Of a DNA stretch of 64,000 nt, positions 1-12,473 are shown in pieces; position 1 is the first letter of the stretch, and each line of letters begins with the position of its first letter. Origin of the DNA: Schizochytrium sp. TIO01 (Eukaryota > Protista > Bigyra: Labyrinthulomycetes); NCBI GenBank assembly GCA_004764695.1, contig SMSO01000006.1, positions 1,255,859 through 1,319,858 on the forward strand, given 5' to 3'. Position numbers and translations under genes: made by a program. The notes below the pieces were generated by a model that did no database searches, was not told the origin of the DNA, and was given only the letters and a program-made list of their open reading frames with translations.

Positions 1-2565
1 AAGAACGTAATCTCTGTGTTGAAAGAAGGGTCCAAGATGAAAACTTCATCATCCAAGTCCAGTAGCTCTCTGAATACTGCTAACGCTGCTCCCGGAGGTA
101 GTGGTAGTAGTGGTGGTGGTGGAAAAGACAGCGATAAAACATTATGGACACCAGGCTATGGTCATGGGAGTGTGGACACGTCTATCTCGGATCGAATGAG
201 GGAGAAGCAACAACAGGAAAAAACAGAGCGAACTCTTGCTACAATGAATGTCCTGACGAGCTTCTTGAATATGACTCCGACAACTGCGGCAAACCTCGGC
301 GATGAGGTATGGAATGAAGTTTTGGATATTCTTGAATCGTCTTGTTTGCTTCGTGTACTTATGTCGTTTTTATTTGGTAACACCATCAAGGTTGTCTTAG
401 ATAATGTGATGCTCTATCGGGCTCTTCTTCGTTTGGTCTATGTGATGGCCAAACATCCGTCATTAGGTAGAGTTTTATGTCCTGTGGATGGTATCTACCG
501 TTCTATAGAACAACTGATGGAGGAATTAGAGGATCTGATTGACGATTTAAGTGAAGAGGATGAAGCTGAAGAGGGCGTTCTCTTGCAAGAAGAGACAGAC
601 ATCGCCAAGGCGAATTGGAATGACTGTTCCAATTCTGATGGAGCATCTGCTACTAACTTGGCTGTTGGTCCGGGAGAAGGGGTCGGGAACATAACTCCTC
701 CCGCGACTGTCAAGAACTCTTCAAGTACTACTCCTACGAGAGCAAATGTGTCAGATCATCCACCCTTGGCCGATCTTAATGAGCTTGCATTTAAGGATTT
801 GGCTCGTGTTGTGGCAGGGACTGTTAAAGAGGGTGCGCACAAGTATCAAGAGGCCCAGCGAGCAGAGGAAGAGCGCAAACGGGTTGAACTGGAGAAGCTT
901 GCTGCAGAAGCTGCATCTTCTGCTGAAGGGTTAGAGACCCAAGATCAGCCAAAGAATAGCTCCACTGATAACGCTGCTGGTGATGGAGGTGAGGTAAACT
1001 TGGACGAAGAGGAAACCAAGTTCATGCAGAATCTTCACCAAATGTATGAGACTGCGCTTCGACCTGAACTTTTTGGCAATCGGGATATGAGTGATGAAGA
1101 TGGCAGGTATAACCATCATTATCGTACCCAAATTGAGGACGATATCAAGGGTAAAGTGAGCCAGACACGGATGCGGCGCCTGAACCGCGAATTGAAAGCT
1201 CTTCGGAAATCACTTCCGTTACATTTTAACTCATCTATTGCTCTTCGGGTAGATTCAAAGCGACCATTCGTTGCGCAGTGTGTGATATTCGCCCCAGACA
1301 ATACGCCTTACGATAGTGGTTGCTTTCAGTTTGATATTTACTTTCCTCCAGAGTATCCTTCGGAGCCACCTAAGATGAACCTCATGACGACTGGCAGTGG
1401 ACAGGTTAGGTTCAATCCAAACTTATACAACAATGGAAAAGTGTGCTTGTCACTTCTTGGCACCTGGCGGGGAGGTGCAACTGGCAGTGAAAATTGGACA
1501 AAGAACTCGTCTCTCTGGCAAGTTCTTGTCTCAATTCAAAGTGCTATTCTGGGATCGGAGTTTCCGTACTTTAATGAGCCTGGTGTCGAATCGCAATGGG
1601 GGACTGACCAAGGTGAGCTACAGAAAAGGGTTCACTCGAATGGTGGCTACGAGCGCCTCCGTGTAGCTACAATACAGCATGCTATGATTGGACAAATGCG
1701 GAACCCTGCTCCTGGTTTTGAGACGCTTTTGCAGGAGCATTTCCGCTTGAAAAAACACCACATCCTTACAACTGTCGATCGTTGGGTTGAGGAGGCAAAG
1801 TCTTCAGATACAAAAGGGCACCTCAAGTCCATGACAAAGCTAGTCACTGAGCTTCGTGAAGAATTGGACAAGCTTCCAACGGAGGACGTCGATGAACTCT
1901 ATGATGAGCGCGAGGCTCGTTTGCAGCAGGCGCGAGCTAAAGAGCAGAAACAGCTGGAGCAGGCGCGGCTGCTTGAAGAGGAAAAAGCTGCTGCGTCCGC
2001 AGCTTCAGCGAAAAGTGATTGCCTCGACGAGAAGGAAGGAAAGTCTGGTAGTTCATCCGGTATAGCATCCGAGGAGATCTTGGACTCTCAAATGAATGAT
2101 GGGACAAAGGTATTCCCTGCAGCATCCGGATGGACAGGACCAATGCATGTTTCTTCTTCATCTTCCCTCTCATCTTCAGTTGCTGCATCCAATACATCTG
2201 CGAATGCTGGGGGGAGCTCAAAAACTCAGGATGTAGTGCAAGACAGTGACGCAACCTTATCGTCTAGTGACAAAGTTCATTTGACTGATGATAATGCGAA
2301 ACAGGACGACGTTGATCATGAGAGTGGTGAGACGGGAGCTCAGGGAGCTTCTGTATCCGAATTTAAAGCTGCCCATGATATCATGATGGAGATGTTTCCG
2401 AACCATCCTCCTGGACTTTTACGCCATGCTCTTCAGGAGTCTCAAGATGCCGAGACTGGTGGACTTGACGTGGAAGCTGCCATGAATTGGGTGTTTGCGG
2501 AAGGTGAACAGTACTTGAATGGACACCTTGAGCTCTACACAGAGACTTGGGGCAGCAATTTTTGA
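1..2565 (+). CDS. BIRC6/BRUCE-type ubiquitin-conjugating enzyme (UBC domain) with C-terminal CUE/UBA-like domain; 5' end probably outside the window
   Basis: Frame is open from base 1. UBC core PDNTPYDSGCFQFDIYFPPEYPSEPP...VRFNPNLYNNGKVCLSLLGTW has the active-site Cys. WTPGYGHG and YFNEPG motifs resemble the BIRC6 C-terminus. C-terminal MEMFPNHPPGLLRHAL...DVEAAMNWV is CUE-like (MFP). Confidence 0.88.
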   Translation, partial: KNVISVLKEGSKMKTSSSKSSSSLNTANAAPGGSGSSGGGGKDSDKTLWTPGYGHGSVDTSISDRMREKQQQEKTERTLATMNVLTSFLNMTPTTAANLGDEVWNEVLDILESSCLLRVLMSFLFGNTIKVVLDNVMLYRALLRLVYVMAKHPSLGRVLCPVDGIYRSIEQLMEELEDLIDDLSEEDEAEEGVLLQEETDIAKANWNDCSNSDGASATNLAVGPGEGVGNITPPATVKNSSSTTPTRANVSDHPPLADLNELAFKDLARVVAGTVKEGAHKYQEAQRAEEERKRVELEKLAAEAASSAEGLETQDQPKNSSTDNAAGDGGEVNLDEEETKFMQNLHQMYETALRPELFGNRDMSDEDGRYNHHYRTQIEDDIKGKVSQTRMRRLNRELKALRKSLPLHFNSSIALRVDSKRPFVAQCVIFAPDNTPYDSGCFQFDIYFPPEYPSEPPKMNLMTTGSGQVRFNPNLYNNGKVCLSLLGTWRGGATGSENWTKNSSLWQVLVSIQSAILGSEFPYFNEPGVESQWGTDQGELQKRVHSNGGYERLRVATIQHAMIGQMRNPAPGFETLLQEHFRLKKHHILTTVDRWVEEAKSSDTKGHLKSMTKLVTELREELDKLPTEDVDELYDEREARLQQARAKEQKQLEQARLLEEEKAAASAASAKSDCLDEKEGKSGSSSGIASEEILDSQMNDGTKVFPAASGWTGPMHVSSSSSLSSSVAASNTSANAGGSSKTQDVVQDSDATLSSSDKVHLTDDNAKQDDVDHESGETGAQGASVSEFKAAHDIMMEMFPNHPPGLLRHALQESQDAETGGLDVEAAMNWVFAEGEQYLNGHLELYTETWGSNF

Positions 2566-3102
2566 ACGTAAGTTCTCCCTGATTGCGACGATGTCTCATT
2601 CTCTTCCTTTTTTAAAGCAATGTGGTCTTTTGTGTATGTACCCTGTGGTGCCAGAAAACTGAGCAAAGGATTTTATGAGAGGCAAATAATTAGACTAGCA
2701 AGATCTGTTTTGACTTAAAATATGAACTGATCATTGAATGTTAAAAAAATCAACACACCAATATATAGAAACTAAGTAGGAAATTAGTCGAACAAGATAG
2801 ACTTGCCTAGTTTGAAGGGACACTAGGTGAAGGAACAGTCTGAGAGGGCTTCAAAACATTTCCTAAGAAATAATATCAACAAGATTGAGCAGTAAGGATG
2901 ACCCGAGGAAAAAAAGCATACAGATGAGGGACATCAATTGACATTGAATTAGATATGTGGTTTCTCATATCCGTGATTGACGGGTTCTCGTGTGGAAAAG
3001 AATCAATCATCACAATGCTTAGACCATTTTAGCACTGGATTGAGGAAAGGCTCTAATAGATCATTTTGATGTGGATACTGCGTTCGCACGTGGCCGTTAA
3101 GT

Positions 3103-4540
3103 TTATTTTTTAGGTTTTGCAGTGAAGCCATAGGCGCTGAGTGCGATGCCAAATGCCTGCATTGCAGACATTGGGTACTGAAAATCAACATTGAATCGGC
3201 CAGAATCTGCTTTGCCAAGCTGAAAAATCAAACCACCGTTTGCATCATTAAGCATGAAGTTCTTTGAGGAGGCCATAAGCACGCGACGGTTACGGAATTT
3301 AAGAACGAGGCTTCCGATTTCGCTACTCCATACAGGTAATTTTGTAAATAAAGGAATGCAATCCTCATTGGAGACTGCGCTGGAAATAGTTTTGGCATCG
3401 TTCGATGTGGGCGTAGAGAACTTCTTGGGCATGTTCATTTTGTTTGCTTTAGGGCCACCTTGTTGCCAAGAAATAGATGTGGATTGAAAGTGCTCATCTC
3501 TGCCTTCATTTTCAGTGTCGTCCTTGGATTCATCTTCGTAAGTGCTTACGCTTGTATGATTAATATGGTATTCGTCCTTCTCACAGGCTTGATTTTGCTC
3601 TGATATAGAGGTATGAGAGCTTCGTATTTTCTGGTACATTTTAGTGGCGTCATCAGACGCCATTGTGCGAGGGCACCACACCACACGTTCAGTTTCGTTG
3701 ACAAGGGCAGGAAGCTGGGCGGTAAGGTATCGTGCTTCAATATGGTTCCTGTAATAATTCGTGTGGCATGCTTGACTTTTGCAAGTATCTGACGATCTTT
3801 AATTGTATCTGTAGAGAAGGCATCGCATCTAAATTTGTGAAGCATATGATCGCAAAGCTCGCAAGAGGTGCTTCGTAAAGTGTAGCTTTTATGGCAGGCA
3901 TCAAGGCGTAAAACGCCACAACACCGCTTTGATTCTGTTAAATCACCCGATGCATCAAAAGTCATAGGAAAATCTTCGTATTGTGAAATGTAATAGTCGC
4001 TGCCGATGCGCGTGGCAGTGAGTAGAAGTTCTCCAGAATAATCATCGTACATTGCAAACCGAGATTTATCTTCACTGATAATGAAGCACTCTTGCCAATT
4101 CTCCGTTTTCAAAGCTGGACTAGCACACTTGTTCGATAGGACATCACGACAAGCACCTAGCTCGAGCATTTCGAGCTCATCAATAGCCCCAGGCTCAGAG
4201 CTGGCATGTGCCATCTTGGTGATGTTAGCAAACATACTCATCGCTGCAGGCTGCTGCCTTCACTATGTGTTAATTTGAGGCAAGGCTTTGCCAAGTGTCT
4301 CGTGGCACCAAGCAATATGCGTTCTGCCAATGTAGCTTTGCTGGGCGCCTGAGTCAACGCTGAAATAGGCGTGCTTAGTTTGACTACTTGCCCAGGCTTA
4401 GCCTTTCGTATCGTCGTTGTGACGAAATGAAGTTCGGGTTTGCTGATTGAATAAGAGGAGAAAGGGACATGATGATCAATCTCACTCAATCAACTTTGGA
4501 GGAGGGCTGGTTGCCCTAGATCAATCAATGTCAAGCACAT
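3103..4540 (-). pseudogene. Tubby-like (TULP C-terminal domain) gene disrupted by one in-frame stop and two frameshifts
   Basis: C-terminus TKLPVWSSEIGSLVLKFRNRRVLMASSKNFML...FQLGKADSGRFNVDFQYPMSAMQAFGIALS is the Tub-domain signature. ORFs 4238-4489, 3546-4241 and 3103-3684 chain together. ATG at 4540 is in frame with the first via a TGA at 4490-4492. Confidence 0.75.
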
Positions 4541-7034
4541 TGGATTCCTACTACTATGAAACTAATGAGCTACTATATAATTCTTTAAAGTACCTAGGAG
4601 CGCGTAATTTTGGAAGGTTACGAGTAACAAGGAGAGCACTGACATTTAATATTCGCCGCGGATGCGCTCTGCGCGCGCGAGAGTCCATCTCGATGACTGT
4701 AACGGTGTGCACTCCCTCGATTTTCGAGAGTGCGCGCGCACTCCTCATAGGGTTTAGTATAACCGGTTAAATAGGGTCTGTGATGTAATCTCTGAACGGA
4801 TCTTCTCTAAGTTAGTTTTTCTGTGCTTTTTTTTTTTCTTTCCTTTCTTTCCTATTTCCTGTCCATTTTATCGTCTTGCAAGATTGCCTCCCTCTTATTC
4901 ATGTGACATTCTTTGATGCGCCATGAATCTGAAGACACCAGACCATGGTGTTGCGTTCGTCTTAGCGTACATGATGTGCAGCTTTTATAATAATAGACGT
5001 AGGTGGCACTGTAATTCGAAGCAAATGTTCGAATTCCTATACCGATGATAGTCTTGAAAGTAACAGCACAGTGTACCTGCTATTTACGTAGATTCGCACT
5101 GAGATCCACAATAGTCCGCGCTGGTTGCAGATGGATCGCCGCGCCAATTTTAAGAAGGTAATTACTCACTATCAGGGCTACTTCAACGGGGCGAGGGAGC
5201 TTCCGCGCGAGAAGCTAACTTGACACGTCACACAGTTTGGCCTCTCCCGAGTTATCCTGCCCGAGCTTGGACCTAGCTCCGGCCGATGTTCTTGTTGTAG
5301 CGCCAACCCATTCTGAAGGCAACGGGCGGCTCAAATGAAGTCACGAATTAGAACTTGCTTGTATTCTTAAATACCTACCTCATGATCGGTGGCGGCTCAT
5401 GAAAAGACCAAGTCGGCTCATGTTGCCAAAGACCATGATGGGTCTGATTTATACATACTGTTATGCATAGGTTGCCTCATTGATATGAGAGATATGCTTT
5501 GACCTTAACTTCAAGCCCGTACATGTGAAAGAATCGATAGGCTTGATAGATGGAAGAGTAAAAGCAGTAGATAGTTGTACTTACATACCTTCCTACCGAC
5601 TGACGGGGAATTAGAGTGGGACACGCTCGCAACTCCGGGACTCTATGATCGAGCATTTGCGTTTTCTACGACTTCGCAGAAGAACCCTAGTCAGTTTCTT
5701 CTTATGCTTGGCAAGTAAGTAAACGCACGTGGGCGCTTCAATCCATACTTTACCCGGTGGTATCGCTTTCAAGATGGCTCTTCAAGAGCCCTGCGCTGTT
5801 CCCTGAATCAAGATTGCCCCAACATTTTAGAGTTCGGCCACGGCTGCGACAACATCGTGTTCCGCGAAAAAGCTGGTGTGTGAAAAAGGCGATCTTGGTC
5901 TTCGACATCAACATTGCTGGAACGTATTCCTTGCATATTTATTTGTGTCTCTCCGATGAATACGCACTCCCCTGCAAAAATCTAGATCTCCAATACCGGT
6001 ATCCGAGCTTACCCATCATTTTTGTGAACCTTGGTTTATAGAAGATGATGCAATCAATCAATCAATCAATCCATCCTCACGATCCCTCGCGGTTTGTTAC
6101 ATTATCATCTAAAGGAAACCGACCTTTGGGGGCCAAACAACCTTAGGCGTGGACCATTTTTGTTTTAACATACGATGTTGGTGTTCAATTTGTTGATGAT
6201 GTTGCGGTAGTTTTCGTCGTCGTCGTCGTCGTCCTTGATGCAATTTTAATAATTGTAATGGAAAAATAAATATGCTAAACGTGGTGAGTTAGCTTTGATG
6301 AGTCCATCTGAAAAGCCCTCCTTTTTGACCCCGTGTCACAGGTACGAAGGCACTGCTTCGGCACTCAGAAAAACCTACGGTAATTAAAAAAAAAAAGAGT
6401 ACCAGAAGCATTGTCTCAATTTCCTTGTTCGCAAGAGAATCTCTCAACGCATGTCCATATCCAAGTCATTTCACCCTTTACAACGCCCAGCCAGCAATCT
6501 CGCTCGTCCCTCAATCGGGACCTTCATGAGACTCTCTAGATTGTCAGTTCTTGATTCACTTCCATGCAGCTAGCTCTAACTCAGGACCTTCAACTCGCGA
6601 GGCACAGTTCTCGTACCTTTGCGCGAAACCCTCGCAACCCCGTTTCATAACCTCCCCGCAACCCCCGCCTAGCCTGCGCTCCACCTTATCCTACAAGTTT
6701 ACTATGGCGGCATGGTCAAACTGAGGACGCTCCAACCTTTGCTGGGAGCAGGCGTGAAACCCGCGGGAGCGCATTCTTTGTGACTGTACGCGGGCCTTAG
6801 GCATCACAAATTTGTATTGGCGAAGGCAGATTTGTGCAGCGGTCGCCATCCATCAATGAATGCATTTTGCAATCATGGAGGCACCAGAATTAGCCATAGG
6901 TATCCATCCAAGATGTGGCCCTTTCGCTGCAACAGACCTCCACATTACCTTCGACAGTAAGAATTTTATAAAAGCAAACAATAAAAAAGCAAACAAAATC
7001 ATTCTTTTCTAATTAATACTTCAATCATGAAAAA

Positions 7035-7080
7035 CAAACAAACAAACAAACAAACAAACAAACAAACAAAAACAAAACAA
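7035..7080. repeat. (AAAC)n microsatellite
   Basis: Direct reading of tandem AAAC units. Confidence 0.95.
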
Positions 7081-9296
7081 TTGCTGATTCTTATTCATGA
7101 GAAAGGGAGAAGATCATTTTAAAACACACACTCACACACTTGGCGCCACCGTGTGTCTTGTGCTGTTGCAGGTTTTTCTTTCTATTTTAAAACAGATAAG
7201 CAAGCCTGAGGTGAGAAGAGGAGGGTTTTTAGAATTAATTGAAGAAACAATTGCTTTTTAACGAATGAGAGAAACAAGAAGAAGAAAACCGCACTATTCA
7301 AGTTCTCCTATCAATCAAAAGCACTCTTTTGGTGATTTCATGGCGAACTGGGTCTATCTATACCCGCCACCGCTCTTACCGTCTCCCTAGAGAGTGCTAC
7401 CTCAAATGAAGAAATGAAATGAAATGTAATGTAATGTAATGATGCGTGGGCCGCACAGAGGTTGCTTCTAATGCCACATAGAGCACTGCTACGCTCACTG
7501 TCCTTTTAAAACCTTCTGAAGGTGCAGCAGCAGTAAGTGCCTACTATCGCACTGTTACCACCTGTTTACGAAAGCGTGGTTTACAAACGAACGAAACAAA
7601 GCATTTTCTTTCAACCAATAAACAGTTTTCTCAAATGTCTCCTTTGCGGCGATATCTTTCTTCGAGTTATGTTATGAAAAAACTTCTATGAAGGAAGCAA
7701 TGGAAAACTAACTATAGTTAACTGTCTGTTTAGCAGTGCTTATTATCTTTGATCGAGAAACAGCAAAAGCAGAGCGATTCCCCGAAAAGGCTCTTGCTTG
7801 TGCGAAAGGCCGTTTTCTTCTGGGTTATGCATGCGTACCTGGCACAAACTGAGAGCCCGAGCATGACTCCTTTTGGATTCAAAGTCGGGGCTCGTCATGT
7901 GCAGCGGCATTTCTTTCTATTCTCTCGTTGGCGGAATTTGAGGTGAAGCCACTCCCATCTTGAAGACAGCGAAGCGTCACTCATCATTTCGATGATCTCC
8001 CTTATTATTAAATAAAACACTTGAAAAAAAAAGAAAACTTTTCCCGTTGCTCACTCACTCTTATAAAAGCCTTCATTCATTCAATTTAACTCACACAAAA
8101 TCAATTAAACATTATATCTTTATATATTTTATTATTTAATAATAATAATAATAATAATTAACAGTGAGCCGAAAAAAGAATAGGTCTTCGCTGTCTTTTC
8201 ATGTTTCTCGACAATGCCGGCGCCAGCGACTTCTCAAAGGCGGTATTTTCAGCCGCTTCCGTTCAGACTTCTTCACAGCCCCTGAGAAACCTGCGGCTAA
8301 TCTCCGCTGTCTCAATCGCTGCGGCTTTCGCCCGAGATTTCCTCACTCGTCCCATTGTTTGTTCAAGTTTCCTTGTTTCTTCTCTAGCTAGGCAGGTGTT
8401 CTGCCTGTTCTCTTCGTTCTGTTCTCTCTCGCGACGAAGCCGTGAAGAGTCAATCAATCAGCTCATCGACTGACAGACAAGCAATCTCTGTGGCTCTGCT
8501 CTTCTTCTCTGCGCGACGATACATAGGACCAATCCCGCCACCACCTCTAAAGGGCAGTGCTGGCCAGGCAAGCACTAGGTTTATGCGGTTTTGTGCCAGC
8601 TGGCTGGCTGGCTGGAGCTCTTATGGGGTCTAAGAGACAGTCGAGAGCTCCGTTTTGTCGATTTCTTGCTCGTTCTATGCCAGGAACATCGCCAGAGCAA
8701 GCTGTATCCACCCTCCGCACATTTGGTGTTCTCATGCTACGCTGCAAATAACAAAAGCGAAAGTTGCATAGTTTCATGCTGCGCTAGTTTTGATGTCTAT
8801 CCATCACCTCTGTTTCACTTTTAACTTCGAGAGGCCACGCAAACAAGCAAACCAAACGAAGAAATCAAAGAAAGAGATAGATCAAAGGTGCCTGGGAGCG
8901 AATAAGGCTTTGTTAATTTGAGGAGAGGTGAAAACAGAGAAAGTGGAATCGAATGGAAGCACAACAGCCGATCGTGTTTTGTTTGCTATTTAGCTCTCGA
9001 TTAGACTGTGCAAGATTATGTTTATATGTTTAGGTTCATTTTATGCTTCTTTGGGTTGGCGTGATTTCATTTCACTCGATCGTACCCATCGCTACGGGCT
9101 GACGCACAAGGTGACATCGAAGAGGGTTCGAGCGCGAACTTCGCCGAGAGCATCGCTTTTGACTCAAGAGATAGATATCAATCAAGGTAGATGTCCGTGC
9201 TCTGGGCCCAGAGGCAGCAGCGGCTTTCCTTGGCTCGGTCGCTTACTTTTCATTGGACTGCTTTCTCCTCTTTCTTATTTCTTATTTCTTACCACT

Positions 9297-9339
9297 ACAT
9301 TTTACATTTTACATTTTACATTTTACATTTTACATTTTA
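9297..9339. repeat. (ACATTTT)n heptamer repeat, about 6 units
   Basis: Direct reading. Confidence 0.9.
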
Positions 9340-9472
9340 TTTAGAACAAAACAGAACACTCGCCTACTTACCACTGGCAGTAGCAGTGTCCTAGTATATG
9401 TGTACTACGCGGCTCTTGGAATTATGGAGAAGCATGAGCATTCTTCACGCTCACTCACTGTGCTTTGCAAAA

Positions 9473-9504
<32 letters not shown>

Positions 9505-10236
9505 ACGCTGCTGACTCTATAATTGACTCTGGAGCTCGCTGCCTCGTAACAGTCCAAGCTTTCGCGCTACAGCACGTACATGTGGCGAGCTCGTGTTTGT
9601 GGCTGGCTGCTTGGTGGGCAGGAGGAGTTTCTTTGGTCTGGAAAGCGTCTGCCTCGAAAGCAGGTACGTATCTGAGAACCATCAAGCAACCGTGTTTGTT
9701 TGATTACCTTTGGGTCGCCCAGGATATTTTCAGGAAGATGCCAACTGCGAGGAATTACGAACAATCACTAAAGCGACGGATGCGACAGAGAAACAAAGAA
9801 ACCAAGAAAGGGACAACTTGAGTTTTTTCGACTGCAAGAAATGAATGCGACCTCGGGTCTGAATGGGACTGATATTTGATTGCGATTCCGAGTCCTCATG
9901 GCACAAAAAAAGAAACAAACAAAGAAACACACAAGCTCTCTGGCAGCCATGTTGGTTTGTAAGCTCGCAGGCATCTGCTCGCTCACGATATAGGTACATC
10001 GCCTTGGGCTGCACTCATCACCCATGAAATGCGCTGAGATTGATTGCTGTACGAGGATATCGTCACAGAGCACAGCACACGCCGAGAGCTGGCGACTACA
10101 TCATTTGGGGCACGGCACTGGAAGCTGGTCCATGGAAATCATGGGATGGATTGTGGATGGACAAACCAACCTATATAGATTGGTCTAAAGCTGAAGACGC
10201 AGCTGTTGCAAATCGTGGCGTGGCCTTGGCGGCAGG

Positions 10237-10315
<79 letters not shown>
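10237..10315. repeat. (TATC)n microsatellite
   Basis: Direct reading. Confidence 0.97.
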
Positions 10316-12360
10316 GGGTCTATTTATCTACCCAGGATCATGTTTAAGATGATGGTACCTAGCCAAAACATTTGCCTCCGCTGCAGATGATTCTGAGGAT
10401 GTGGTGGCATCGACTTGCTCTGGTCTGTCTCATAACTAAATATAACTACTGAATGAGAAGGGATTCTAAGCACTAATGGCCAGGTTGTCTGCCCTGGCTT
10501 GAAGTGGTGGTCGTCGTCGTTGTTCTTCGTGTCTCTAAATGATATGTATTATAGCCCGCACAAGTCTCGCCGCTAGCGTCCTGATCGAAGTTGAGATCCT
10601 TTGTTTTATCTTTACGTAGCTCGCGGATGCTGTGCGTGCCAGATCTCATAAGATTAGTCCCAAGGGTCGATAGATGTAGAAAGGAATGAACTAATTCTCA
10701 GACCGCACGCTCACAGCAATGAAAGGCGTGGATATCATAGCACACGGAGTAGGACCTAGCTAGCTCGCTATAGCAATAGCTCGCTAGGTTATAGCTCCCA
10801 ATCGCCGTTCCCGGAGCAGGCACGAGGATGATCGATGCGTTCCCATTGTTCACAAAACGAGCGATCGCGAAACAGTTGGAAAAGAGAGCGGGCTCAGCGG
10901 CGCTTGGCATATTCATTCCTCTCCAGTTGTCATAAATTTATTTGGAAAATGTAATAGAAACCCTTTTTTTTTTTTTTTTTTTAATAAATTTAAATTAAAA
11001 AAAAAAAAAAAACTAACAAACTTTTTCAATGCCTTCAAATGAAATGAACAACATAAAACGAAAAGGTAGAGACAATCCAATCAAACAATCAATGCATCAG
11101 TAATCATTCCATCTCCTTCAATTTCTTCTTCTTCTCCTAGTCCTACTCAAACAGCATATTCCTGCAGTCTTTGCTTCAGCTTTCATAAAGTTCTGTGATG
11201 AACGCACGCTCGCATAGCACAGTGCTCACCGTCGAGACAGCCTCGGAGTGATAAAGCACACTAATTCTGCAGGGACTCGGAGCGCAGCGCACAAATCCTT
11301 ACTACCAGTAGGAGGTGTTACATGAGTATTACATTGATTGTTACCATCAATTTATCCACTCGAAAAGAAAGCAAAAGAGAGAACTTCTGTTGAAATTAGT
11401 TGCAGAAACGGAAGTATATGCTTACTCGCTCGAAATTCTTGTACCCAGGTCTCTGCTTTCTGACTAATACACCCACTCATTCGTTGGCTTTGACTTTGAA
11501 CTCACCGATTCATTATTTTGTGCGTCTGACCCCCACTTTCTCGAGGAGAGGCGCAGGAACGGTCAGCTCTCGTTCATCTTTGACTTTCTTTTAAACATGA
11601 AATAACATTGTATGGTCAATAGAAACAAAACAAAACGAGAAGCAAAGCTCTGTCCAAGAACGGCCAAGGAGAGTCAAAAGACGCACTAATGGCAAATAAT
11701 CATATGTTAAAGCTTGCAGATGCTGGGCATTCCGTATCTACGCCTTTGAATGTGCGCCGGCGCTTTATGGATGCAGTTTGAGGGATAGTTTTAGAGACCA
11801 AGAAAGCAAACTTTGAAACCAATTGCAAAGAGAGACGGATTCTATGCAGTTTTTCTTTGCCATTAACGTTAATAAACTTGCATTGAACTCAATTGAGATA
11901 GGTAGTAAGAAGGAGGAAGAAGGAAAACAGGCTTTGTTTATTGTATTTATCTCTAGCTAGAAAAAAGAGAAGAAAAGCAAAGAAAAGAAAAGAAGAATAC
12001 AGCGTCCTACGATCGAAACTGAAAACTTTCATAGCAGATAACTTGAAACGACTGAGATAGAGAGGACACAGTTTGAGCTGAGCTGCTCAGTCACACGCAG
12101 TAAGGGAGCTCTCTCACCTTTTTGTTATTGTTGTTTTTTGGCAGTGATTTCTATTTTTTTTTTGCTAAGTTCGCACGTGAGTGTGTTTTGCAATCTGTGA
12201 AACATTCGTGCGATGCACTATGTTTAGTAGGGGCTGAACAAACATTATACAACAACAACAACAACAACATCTTACTTTTTTTCTTCGCCTGCCACCACCG
12301 GAAATAGATATCGATAGGTAGTATCTAAAACAGTAGTCAAGTGCCTTTCATGCTTTGGAT

Positions 12361-12473
12361 GTAAATTATGCAACGTGAGTTATGCAATGTAAATTGAGCA
12401 ATGCAAAGCACGCACTGCAAATTGTACAATGAGGGAGTTGCGCAGTTGAACTTGTGCAATGCAAACTGCAAAT
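12361..12473. promoter_or_regulatory. Degenerate 14-bp tandem array (consensus GTAAATTGTGCAAT) of C/EBP/PAR-bZIP-like palindromic sites ~2 kb upstream of the IPMS gene
   Basis: Units gtaaattatgcaac/gtgagttatgcaat/gtaaattgagcaat/gcaaagcacgcact/gcaaattgtacaat/...gttgcgcagt/tgaacttgtgcaat. The repeat is seen directly; the regulatory role is inferred. Confidence 0.4.

Noticed and set aside
4728-4743. 16-bp perfect palindrome GAGTGCGCGCGCACTC upstream of the Tubby-like gene
   Set aside because: Real but isolated and built on a GC dinucleotide run; no function can be supported.
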